A stretch of 64,000 nt of DNA from Raillietiella orientalis (Eukaryota). The position numbers and the translations under genes are program-made. The notes below the pieces were generated by a model. That model made no database searches. It saw only the letters and a list, made by a program, of their open reading frames with translations, and was not told the DNA's origin. Positions 24,800 through 35,890 of the stretch are shown here, piece after piece. Numbering within the stretch: position 1 is the first letter of the stretch; each line of letters begins with the position of its first letter. The stretch covers positions 1,736,001 to 1,800,000 of the forward strand of contig JAYWIR010000015.1 in the NCBI GenBank assembly GCA_036172245.1. The letters run 5' to 3'.

Positions 24800-25415
24800 A
24801 TGGGGAGATACTGGGTGCTTGCCTTGTTCATCCTTTTTTATTTGCAACCGTCCTACGCTGCCGGCAGCAATGGCACGGAGCTGGAAGAGGAGAGCGTGGG
24901 CGCCATGGAAGATGCGAATCGCAAGCACAAAGGTGGTAGGTGGATCGACACGGTTCACCTCCAGGACATTTGCCTCGAGGCAACCTTTCCAGCTTCGCGG
25001 TGCTGCTACTCCAAAGGCCCTTGGTCTGAGTGCAACCCGGAGTCTGGTAAAAAGAAGCGCATGCTGACCCTCGAACACGGGGGGCGAGGTTGTAAGAGAA
25101 CGAAGAAGCTGGTAAAAAGATGTAGGAAAGGTGAGCTCGGTAGCTGCGTTTCGCCCAGGTCTTGAACTTTCCTTTGGTGGGGGGGTGGGTAAGGCTGTAA
25201 GTACACAAAAGGTGAATGGGACGAATGCGGCGTGGATCACCGCACCACCAGAATCGACGTCCTGGTAGAAAAGATCAGCGATCGTTCGTGTAACAAAACC
25301 AAGGAGGTTTCACGTACCTGCAAATCCAAGAGTAAGTTCTCCGTGTTTAGATCGCAGTGTGTTCCATTTGAGTTCTGTTGCAGAAGCGTCCAAGAGAACG
25401 CGACAGCCGACGTAG
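24800..25415 (+). CDS. miple: Midkine/pleiotrophin-family secreted heparin-binding growth factor (miple-like), ~146 aa, 4 coding exons
   Basis: Exons 24800-24932 (or -24935), 24993-25130, 25194-25331, 25384-25415. Signal peptide MGRYWVLALFILFYLQPSYA; two PTN/MK-type domains CCYSKGPWSECNPESGKKKRMLTL...C..TK...KRC and CKYTKGEWDEC...TRID.L...C.KTK..SRTC; basic tail KASKRTRQPT*. All introns GT-AG, phase 1; AATAAA at 25534-25539. Confidence 0.88.
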
Positions 25416-27764
25416 CTGGGGAAGCGTTTCGTCGGCCCGCGTCGAAAGATTTGCCCACCGGCTTTGTTTGCCTGCCAAGGAGTCATTGCCGGAAACTTGT
25501 TGTCCATCTGTTTCTCCTCCGGTCCATGTCTTTAATAAAGTTCATGCGGTGAGCGTCTGTGCCTCATCTCGAGCTCTGGGAGGCTGGCGACAGTTGGCAT
25601 TCGCCCTCCCACCCTTCCCGCTTATCCGGTCGAGCTTCCTGAGACCCACGAGCATGGGTGATCAGGTTCTCCGACCATCCCCTGCGTGCTTGCAGCCGCC
25701 CTCCCAGCTGTCTAGTCGGAAGAGGGAGAGTGTTCGTGTCTTGCGAGTCCGGCCGCTACGGATGACTTTTCAGGACTCCCGTCGCAATGGGAAGCCGGAG
25801 GCTCCTCTCGGTCACGGAGGACCGCTCAGTCATCATCCACACGACCGGCATTACGCTGCGGATGACCAAGGACGCCGTCCGCAGCGAATCGCCAAAATTC
25901 GCTATGGTGCACGCGCTGTGAACGAAGCCTTTTCTTCGTGGAGTTCAACTCCCTTTTCTGTGGTCTGGCGGCAGCGCGAGTCACCGTCCGCGAGGGCTGT
26001 GGGTTGCCCCGCAGAGTACAGGTCGCAGGGGAACCGGCGGACCTGTGAATTTCCTTACTTTTGTGTTCCGAATTCGGTAATCTTCGGAAAAAGCTTGCGC
26101 CAAAAGTCGCATACTCTCAACCGGATGGGCAGCAGGGCGAGACCCTGTGCGCATAGCCTCGTCGGGTCTGTCCGCGGCAGATGCACACAGTGTGGCACCC
26201 GTAAAGCAGGGTCTCGGCATGCCTCGGGAAGACGGCAGATGGAGGCAGTGCATCCCCCGCACGCGTTTTCCGAGCGGCACATTTGAGCCCGAGAAACTTC
26301 GAGGTTTCTCGAGGTGATCCTCAGATGCTCCAGCGATCTTTTTTCATGTGAGTTTCGCCTCGATGCTGAAAAGTGGCCTGAGATGATTTCCCGTGGGATT
26401 GGAGTCCACCCACAATCATGGCACCTGAGTACCCATGAATGTTGGTCGAAGATGGTAATGTTAATGCAAAAGTGAAGCGAGTGGCGTCACGGTTGGCATC
26501 GTCTGTTCGCGTGGCATGCATTTTGTTTTTTCTGTCCGCCGCAGCAGCAGCAGCGTTGTATTGGCCAGGCAAGTCGGCAGCTCATCTCCGTGTCGCTTGG
26601 CTGATCACCGTGTTGTTGGCTTATTTTCTGATCTTCGGCACATCTTCTGGTGGGTGGCTCTTCTCCGGCGCTTGCTCGCTCGTCGTCCTTGGTTCCGCCT
26701 GAGCACGCTGCGTTTGCCTTCCCTTTCCTCCGAGTAGTACTCACCGACGTATCCTTATCGGATGTTTGATCACTCAGCCTGGTTCCGTTGCTAGTCCATT
26801 TTCCGGTGCGCCCCGCATCTTTGCTGCCTGGCCTTGCGGACGGGTTCGTCCTTCGGTCTCTGGAAAAGGATGTGAGGATGTGTGAGTCATTCGGTCACGA
26901 GGGAATGTCCGTCCTCGCGGTCCGGACGACAAGCGAGCGCGAGCGCTGGATGATCCCCCCCTCCCCCCCCCACAGGAATGAACATTTATCAGCCAAAGGA
27001 CGCCCGTCTCCGGCATAATGAAGATAAAAAAAAAATTACGTTATTGTGCGGGTTTCGTAGCAACGCGAGTCCCACGTGTCCGCACAGACACTCTCGTTCC
27101 GGATTCTCATTTACGCTTGCCTTTTAAGAAGCCGAAGGAAAGTCGCAGTACAGGGATCATGCCTCAGAAGCCCGCAACTGGAATATGGTTTCTCAATAAC
27201 CGAGATTGCTTTCATGAGCGATATAGTTATGGACCACGAAATACGGCATATTTTACACCACAAGCGATTGCCGCGAGATCCTGTTTCGATGGCACCTGAA
27301 AACCAAAGGAAACTGCTTGCAAACCAATGCTGAAATTCGTTAGATGGTGGAACGTGCGTTTCATTCTATTGTGTTGCTCAGAAACGCTTTCGTGATGGCA
27401 TTTTCCAAGATGTATCGTGAAGAAGCTACACGTAGGCTGTAAGCTTTGCATCCTTGTGGTTGGAAATGTTCAAATGGTCCATTCGATGTGGGAATGATGG
27501 GAAGTTGTAGCTCTCACGGAGCGTGCAGGAAGTTGCGTCATGGTCCGGCAGTATGATGATCCCCCTTTTTCCTGCTCCACATTTTAAGCATAAGTAGCGC
27601 GCTGAAATTCTCCCTGATTATAAAATACTGTTTTGTTATGAAAACTTTCCACACGAACATTAACAGCGATCTCACTCGCTTAGCCTTGCGTTTCTTCACG
27701 TGCAAGAAGAGAAAATTTGGACTTCGATCGTGCTGCTGCGTTTCGGATTTCGGGCTGAAGACTA

Positions 27765-27925
27765 GGCGTTGGCGGCCGTGTGGCTGCGGTCTCCGCGCGT
27801 GGTACCAAGCGTTGCGGGATCGAATCCCACCAGGGGTAGGATGACGGCCAGATAAGGGCGCGTCGTGGGTTTCGAGTCTCCCCTGCAGGATGACAATGGT
27901 TGACCTGTAGGCCTCGGGTGCGGCA
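27765..27925 (+). mobile_element. tRNA-derived SINE-like element
   Basis: GGCCGTGTGGCTGCGGTCTCCGCGCG...GGGATCGAATCCCACC; second box GGGTTTCGAGTCTCCC; homologous to 7740-7950(-). Confidence 0.6.
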
Positions 27926-29277
27926 CACCCGGTCATGCCGAGGCGTTTATTTATAAAACCTACATGTCTGTGGCAGGACGTTTGATCCTGCCACGTTACT
28001 TATGGATACGAAAAAGAACCTGCTGGGATCTGGCACGCAGGCCAGCAGGGTTCGTCTCGGCAGCACAGGGGAAGGGGAGACAAACAAAAAGAAAAAAACA
28101 AAAAATGCAGTCAAAAAATGGGGGGGAGGTTCGGTAAGGGAACACTGTGTGCTGGAGGGCGTCCTCTGCCACCTTGTAAGGATACCGGCAAGTTCCTGTT
28201 TCAAGACTCCCAGATGGGACCATCTCGACGCTGTCCTCATGAAGAGGACAGCAAAATAGATGGCGTCCCTGTCGTTCTGGACTCATCTGGCGTTGCTCCA
28301 TGCGGCAACGACCCCGCGTAGGCAGCAGAGTGCTGCTCCTAGGGATGCGGCCGGCGTGAGGGCATCTCGCAGGAAGAGGCTCTTTAAAACGTTCATGGTG
28401 TTGTTGCCGGAGGGTTCCCAGGACCGAGGCAAAGCGTCCTACAGGGGGCTGGAGGGTCACACAGTCCACTAGGAGGTGTGGGAAGAATTTTCGCTCCCTG
28501 CGCCTTGCACAGTTTGGATTCACTCCTCCCGTGTCCACAGATGCCTGCAGGCGTTGCACTAGAAGGCCCAGTGAAGCAGCATGAATGCCGACTCCTGTCA
28601 CTTTAAAGGGAAGGTACTGGTGTTCATGAGCACCGGTACCTGCAGGTCTTCCTCCGGAATACCAATAACACACCCCAGCACAAAAGTCCACGAGCTCGAG
28701 CAATCGGGGTCGCAGCTTCGGTGAGCTGACCCGTCGTCCACTCGCCCAGTCCTTTTCTCCTTCCGGAGATTTCCAAAGTGACCTCCCATCTAGCCGTAAG
28801 GCTGCTGTCCATGTGCTCCCTAAGGGAGGGCAGCGCGGTGGCGAGGGTGCGGCACTGGTGGAATCCGGATGCCCCCGTTGACTGGCCGGGATTGAAAGTC
28901 GACCCTTCGGGATCCTTCCACAAATCAAGGAGCCGGTTCCCTTCGGAGAAGAAATGAGGAATGCTCTACCCCTCCAGGAGACTCCACTGGATAAAATAAG
29001 GAAGTGGTTCCCTTTGGGGACAACGAAAGCGAGAGTTCCCTTACCAAACGTGAGAGAAACGGACTCCTTCCTCCGGACCCTTCCTGGATGCATAGGGTGG
29101 TCTCTCCGAAGTTGCCCCTAACTTGAAGAGTGAACATGCGCTCCCAGGTGGTGTGGACAGGCTCGCACTAAGGAGGCGAATGGTTCTTTGGCACTCCTTG
29201 CGAAGCAAAAAGAAAAAGAAAAAAACCAGGAAAAACAAAAAGAGAAGCAGAAGAACTCCTAAAAGATTTCCATCCTC
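27926..29277 (-). mobile_element. Apparent bipartite (internally deleted) non-autonomous L1/Tx1-type element, ~1.35 kb
   Basis: Reading minus: GATGGAAATC 5' motif, T-rich tract, CCGAAGGG array, then ORF2 C-terminus (NCARRRERKFFPHLLVDC), 3' cassette, AATAAACGCCTCGGCATGACCGGGTG. No endonuclease or RT core seen. Confidence 0.7.
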
Positions 29278-29439
29278 ACGGCTCTGAGTAGGATGGTAGA
29301 CTGGGCCTCCTTACGCTGGAGAGGGTGGAGCTCCAGTTCAGAAGACTCGTCCTCGCGGCGAACTTATGGACCGCTCACCGATGTGCAGCGGTACGGCTCT
29401 TCGCGGAGAGCGCAAGACCGGCTGCGAGGGACTCGCATC

Positions 29440-30655
29440 CCCCCTCGTCGCTCGTGAGAGATTGCTGAGGCGTTGCGGATACCAACTCCTGCAGATGGTT
29501 GCCCTGGAGGAGGTGAACACCTGGATCTCCTGCCTCCCAGTGAACTGCACTGCCTGGCTCCAGGACTCGGTCTTCGTCTGGGGAAAGATCCACGGCGCGA
29601 GCGAGGTGGGGTACTCCTGCCTGAGGCGATGCGTCAACACTCGCAAGTCGTTGGAGCAGATCATCCGCAACCCGCAGAAGATGCGGTGGTCCTCGTCTAC
29701 CACCTTGCTCCAGTGCTGCTGCCCTCCCTAAGGGACGCAAGGAACAGCGTAATTCACGCAAGATGGGAACTAACGTGCTCCATAGCAGCAAAAACGAAAC
29801 TTCTAGGGGGCATGGACAACTCGGGAAGCGACGGATGCTAAGATTCCGAATGTCCCACCCCATGGACTTGTACGCTGGGGAGGGCTGCTCGGCATCCCTC
29901 AGAAGGGCCCTGGAGTGGCCCCCAGCATGCTGGAACAATGGTACCCTTCTCTTCAAGTGTCGGGAGTTGGCGTTGCTGGTGTTGCATGGGGGAATCTCAT
30001 GCAAAGCGCGCCTTCACCACTGGACACGGACACCACTTCACACTTGCATGCACGCTTCAAGTGCGACAGGTGCGGGAAGAAGGAGACCTTCCCGCACCTG
30101 CTGTTGGTCTGTGCTGTTCTCCGACCCCTTTGGGATCTTCTGTCGAAGATCCTAGAAATCCCGGCGGGCGGCTCCAGGGACATCATAAAACGCCTCTTCG
30201 CGCGTGCCGCTCTGCCTCCAGCCGCGTCCCTCGTAGTTCTCTGTTGCGTCCGCGGAATCGTGGCAGCCTGGAACGCGGGAAGAGGAGGCTAGAATGGCAG
30301 GGCGCGAGTCTTCCTGAGGACTGTCTCGAGATAATCCCACCTGGGCACTATCTGGACAGAACTTGCCAGCACCCTGAACAGGATGCCGGAGACACCTGGC
30401 AGCGTACCGTGATCCCTTCCTCGATCTCCCCCCCCCCTTCCCGCGTTCATTTTCCCTCCCCTGTTTTGTGTGTTTATTTTATTTTTTTTTTCCCTGCCAC
30501 TCCCCCCTTCCCGCTGCCGCAGAGGGCCTCGCCAGTCTGAGAGCCGGCCTTCGGCAGGTTCATCGTGCGTGGCAGAACAAACGGTTCTACCACAAAAATG
30601 TACTTTTATTACTAACGAAATAAATGCCCCGGCATAACCGGGTGAGAATCATCCA
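29440..30655 (+). mobile_element. L1/Tx1-type 3' fragment with intact zf-RVT motif
   Basis: LLVLHGGISCKARLHHW; KCDRCGKKETFPHLLLVCAVLRPLW; terminus AATAAATGCCCCGGCATAACCGGGTGAGAATC. Confidence 0.85.
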
Positions 30656-30741
30656 GCTTCTAGGAATTCCGGAGGTGGTGATGGAAGGTTGTGCTGGGCT
30701 CTTATGAAGAGTGCTCCTCTCGATCCCCCAAAAGAGTTAAA

Positions 30742-31221
30742 CCCTTCGGGTACGGAGCCCATCAGATTTTCAGGTTCTGTGCTGACGGCACGCGAGTCGC
30801 AGTTGGACGGAACGCTCATCCGCGTGCCGCGTGCTCTCCATCGAGGTACCGACCGACTACATAGAGTGCTAATTAAAGTCCCTATTAGAATTGTTTATTC
30901 ACACCACAATGTTTCCATTTTTCCCAAACATATTCACTTAAAAAATTATAATTACAATTCGAATAAATCAATAATTCATTCACATTTTCAAGACAACACA
31001 AAGATAAGAAACAACCCAATAAATTCTATACGACACCGAGGCAAACCGAGAATAGTCGGCCGGTATAAACAGAATTTTGTTTACTGTCGTTGCCAAGGTA
31101 ATTAATAAGAACGTAAGTGTATGCGTCGTCCATCTCAAACGTTGATGGTGTCAACTTGTGTCGCGAGCGTAAGGTCAAAACATTTGCCAGAGGCGTAGAC
31201 GCGCCCATAGCCCTCAAAGGG
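30742..31221. mobile_element. piggyBac-type MITE
   Basis: Flanked by TTAA (30737-30740 and 31222-31225); imperfect TIRs CCCTTCGGGTACGGAGC / reverse-complement CCCTTTGAGGGCTATGGGC; non-coding AT-rich interior. Confidence 0.55.
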
Positions 31222-33519
31222 TTAAAAGCATGGTGGGACCAAGAGTTCATGGGATTCATGCTCGTATGCTTTGCTCTCCGGGATTGCTGCATGCTCTGCA
31301 TGTATAAGACTGCACTACCATCGTATCGATTCTATTCATTGGCGTACGAAGAACTCGCCGAGCACCAAGAGACACTGAAGTGTCGCTCTCACCTATTGTA
31401 CATTAAACTCAAATGCATGGAATACGATGAGCTTCACAATGTACGCAGTTCAAACCGCGCTCGCTCCTCGTTACTTCCGTTGCTCCGTGAAATCCATTTC
31501 TCCATGCATGTTATTCTTTTCGGGGAACTCGTTGATGCATCGGGTCACATTTCTAAATGTCAAAAATTGCGGCATTGTACTGTTCGCCTTGGAACACTAA
31601 CGCAAAGCTCACTGTACACTGCTTCATCCCAAAAAACCTGGAAATGTGGAATTCTTTGCGTCCAATATCCAATGCCACTTTGGAGGAAGAAAAAAAAAAA
31701 AGAACAGAGCTGAGTTTGGTTAGTTGACCTTCAGTTGCGCTGGTAGTTCAGGCCCCGACCATGCCGATTTTTGTGGATCTCTTTGTGGATGCGCTTTCCA
31801 GTACTTCTGATGCCAGGAAGTAACTCGATTTCCGGCTGCTTCCCGGCTTTGTGGGGTATATCTCAGGATTCCATTGTATTGGAACTGAAATTGATACCTA
31901 TTGATACCTCTTTACATGTATGATGTACAGTACTTGTGTCACGCCTTGTACATAATCGAAGATTACTTGTGTGCTTCGTAAGATTTGATACAAGCTGCAA
32001 GGTGCTGCGATAGAGTTTCTTCTCAGAGCAGACCCACGGATGTTGTTACATCTCTCCGCGGCAGTCCGAAATCCTCCTGATTCCGGATATACTGAACTAC
32101 TTCTGTATTGAGGACTTCCGTCCCGGAATATACAGTCAGTCTATAAATGGAGCAAGCTTTGCTTTCTGCGCTCGCCCTTTTGCATCGGTTGACTTCAATC
32201 GTCTCGCAAGCTGAACTTCCATCCATTCGTGCTTTTGGACTTGGAGGCTGGGGCATAGAAGCACGCGGGCAGCCACAGCGATGCATTTCATCGTCTTCAA
32301 GGTTGTTCTCAGTCCGACCAGCAGTGAGATGAATTTATTAAAGAACCTTTACACAGTTCCAACATTCACGCTTTCTCTGCAGACACTTTGTCCAGTGTTT
32401 CTGCACACAAAAGTTCAATACACTGGGTGTTCATATCTTTGTCACATCTGGAGAGGGCTCACTAAGGTCCGGAGGGCATTCCACCCACTTGGGCAACATC
32501 CGCCACTTCTCCAAGATTTAGCGGCACGTCTAGACAGGCACTCCGCCGCAGTCCCCGACCCCAATTTCCTTCAATACTCCTCGTAGGATGGTCGCCGCAG
32601 GCACTGATGCCTTGGTGTTTCGCATTTGGTGGCTCTTCTTATCACGGTGCTCGTAATGAAGGGAGCGATGGTAATGCGGGCCGTGGGACCATATCCCTTC
32701 AAAGCATTCCCGCCAGGATCTCCATCTCCTGCAGACCCGTCACCGCCTTCGAGATTGCCCAATCCTGGTGCAGTGTCACCTTCAAGATTCTCCCCAGGTC
32801 CGACAGGTGGTGGAGTGGTTTCAGTCACGACACAACAAAGTGTGCAACGGCAACGGTGACACAGAACACAGCCCCCACGCGAAGGACACGTTTGGCGTCA
32901 CCCGAGGCATTTCGCCTCGCGCTTAGTGTCGTCGCTCGTCGTTCGCTTCCCGCAGTGTGGGGGGAGGGGGGGGGGGAAAGAAAGGGTGTCACATCTCTCT
33001 CCAGGAGATTTCCAACTATCCTGCTCGAGGTGTGCCTGCATGTCCAGGCGGGGGACTATTCTGCAGCTTCGGATGCCAATCTCCTTATCCGTCAGTTCCA
33101 ACAGAACGTCCATTCCCGGGACCGCACTCTTCCCTCTCCACTGCTTGGCTCTTCTTATCGCGACGCTCGCGATGAAAAGGGCGGTGCAGACCTCGATCGT
33201 GGGATTGCTACTGGGGACTGTTTCCATCAACAATCCGGCTGGGATCTCCCCCTCGGTCTTTTCTTGCAGGACTTGACCCCCGCCTTGATCTCCTTCCAGC
33301 TCCTCGGTTGAGCGTCGGGCGGGTGAGGACGTGAAGTTCAGTTTCCCGGTCTTCGCAGTCCGCAGAAATGTCACCTGCGGCCTTTTCTCGTCCTGCGCTT
33401 CGTTATAGACCCGCTCAGGATGCCTCCGTAGCGGAACACGAGAAGGCCATCCTGGTTGTTTGGTGGCAGGTCGCTTCCCCGCCCGCCCGCTCGGGCTCGC
33501 GTCATCTTCACGAGCTTGG

Positions 33520-33860
33520 GAGGGAATTCCCTCACTCTGGTTATCCGGAAGGATCCTTCTGGAGGGAGTCGCTCCTCGTCACTCCTCTGAAAAGAACTGC
33601 GAAGGGGCTCTTCTGAGTTTTTCTCCGAAGGGTCGCTTCCCGAAGGGAGGCAGCGCGTTCCTTGACATTCTGAAGAGGCGACCCCCACGAAGGGGGTATC
33701 GACCAGCCCCCTGGTACGCAATGGAGGGTCCCCTTCCGAGAGAGAGGGGAAGGCTTCATTCTCACAACCGGAGGGAGAACGCCGAAGGGAACCGGCAGTC
33801 CCTGATTCCTGGAGGCTCAACTTCCAATCCCGGACAGTCGACAGCGGCCTCCGGTTTTCG
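33520..33860 (+). repeat. CCGAAGGG-array segment of the retroelement 5' region, opposite orientation to most copies
   Basis: GCCGAAGGGAACCGG...CTTCCAATCCCGGACAGTCGAC is the reverse-complement homolog of 28875-28950. Confidence 0.65.
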
Positions 33861-34776
33861 CTTCACGTCACCCGCATTTGCCCGTGGTGCCTATGTCAGT
33901 GCAGCATGCATTTGACTCCATTTGACTTTTTTTTTTTTTTGAGAAAGGTCAGTAGCGACCCTCGAGGAGATGGTTGCTCTCGACCGAGTGGAGTTATGAC
34001 ATCCTGATTCATCTTTGCTACTTTCCACGTCTTTCCAGTCCTTCCAGCTTTTTTTTGGTTTTTTTTCGATTTTCTTGTTTTTGGTTCGCCAAGTACTCAG
34101 GAAACCGCTGCTTCACCCCATGGGGACGTCAAGCAGCTCGAGAGAGCTGCCGCGTAGGGGCCTCACAAAACTTTTGCACTCATGCGCGCCGTGTGTGTGC
34201 GCGCGTTGGTAGGAGACCCCGAAGGGTATCGTCCATTTGTCCATTCCCTAATTGCGACGGGACGTCAGGCCGCGAGCACACCCTACCGTTGCGCACCCGA
34301 AGTCCGAGCCATCCCGACGTCATCTCGCGGGGGGACTCAAAACTCACTGCGCTCCCAAACTCGGATCGATCCTTTACGGGGGACATTAGAACCCGCGGAC
34401 CGTGACACGCCGTGACCGCCAGCCCCCCAGCGAGGGCATGGTTGCCTGGGTAGTAGGCAGTTGTTCTTTCAACCCCTTCAGTGACAAGAACTCAGCAGAG
34501 GAGCTCTATCGAGTGCGAGCACTGGGGCTTCCGAAGAGCTGTCACTTCACATTGGTGACGGGAACAATTGGCAATCCTGTTTTCTTTTCAAAGTTGACAT
34601 CTACGATAGTAGAAACAAAGTGAGGAGGCTGTCCCTCATCTTCCGTTTCTCCTTCCTGTTCATTGAAGCTGCGTTGCGAGGAATGCCACAGTAGGCTTCA
34701 CCTATCGGGACGGCCTATGAGCTGCATTTCGGCAACGCCTTCCTTTCCGTCTAAGGACTGCTCATCTTTGTATGGA

Positions 34777-35890
34777 TTTTCACCCGATCACCCCGGGGCG
34801 TTTATTACATAAAAATAAACCAGTCGGGAACACGTTGGTTCCCAACCGAAGGCGAAAAAAGTTCAAGGAGAGGGTCCAGCGACACGTAGGTTGGGATTTC
34901 CCAACGTCCGGAAAGGGAGGGAGAGGAAGGTGCACAGAGGAAATAAAAGTGAGAAAACCCTGGGGGATAGGGCAAGGGTCTTTGGGTTCGCTCCGTGTAC
35001 ACCTGGATGAATATAAAAAATCAGGAAAGGTACGGAGCGAAAGGGAGAACGAAAAAAATAAATAAATTTATAACTGGAGGCTGGGGACAAGGGTCAACGC
35101 TGTCCGCCGTTCTCTCACTTCTAAACCCGCGCTGGATGCCGGCGATCTCCTCTTGCAAGAGAAGCCACCCCACAGCCGTCCTCATGTAGGCGACTGCCAC
35201 CCCGGTGACCTACCTTCGCTGCACCGTCGTCTCCAGCACATGGGCAGGTCGTGACGATGGCACTGACGTGGTTGCGATCACTGCGCCCGTCCAAAGTCCT
35301 TCTGGAGGAAGAACCGAGCTCTTCATGAGTTTGTCGAAGGTTTGGTTAATCGTTCGGTAATCGTGCAAGCCGACGTGTCCATCTAATAGACGTCGAAATG
35401 TGGCGAATGCATGAGGCAACCACGATCTGCCTCATCTCATCCGCATACGTCCGCGGGACACCCAGTTCACGGAGGACGGCTTCAATACCGGGTTCCCAAA
35501 GGTCCAGTAATGATGGTCAGCGCCTTTGCATCGACTCCTTTCTTGGGTTGCTGGCTCTCTACATCCTGGTATTTGGATGTTTTTTCATTTCTGAAGATGG
35601 TGAAGGTTTCTTCCCCATCCTCAAAGGGGTTAGCTACGTCCAGCACCACTAACATCCCGTTGTCCTTCCACAGTGCCAGATCTGGCCATGAGCGGAAAAG
35701 CCAAGATCAGCAAAGGCTGGGCTGTCGAAGAATCTTTGCTGATCAAAACGAACAGGGATTTTGGTTTCCCTGATTTGTGCTGGCCAAGTCACCGGTTGAC
35801 AGAGAGGATCGGTCGTGTCCTCTCTTACCGAATCGAAGGCAGCAGACTCGGAAAGTCAGGATGCTCTTCACAGTGCAAGAATTTGTAGCA
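34777..35890 (-). mobile_element. Non-LTR retrotransposon 3' fragment (second subfamily)
   Basis: 34777-35300 aligns with 57932-58450; same terminal architecture (TTTTCACCCGATCACCCCGGGGCGTTTATT). Confidence 0.75.

Noticed and set aside
31117..31713. 198-aa ORF with VDAP..LK reminiscent of EnSpm transposase
   Set aside because: The motif straddles the right TIR/TTAA of the piggyBac-type MITE, so it is probably coincidental.
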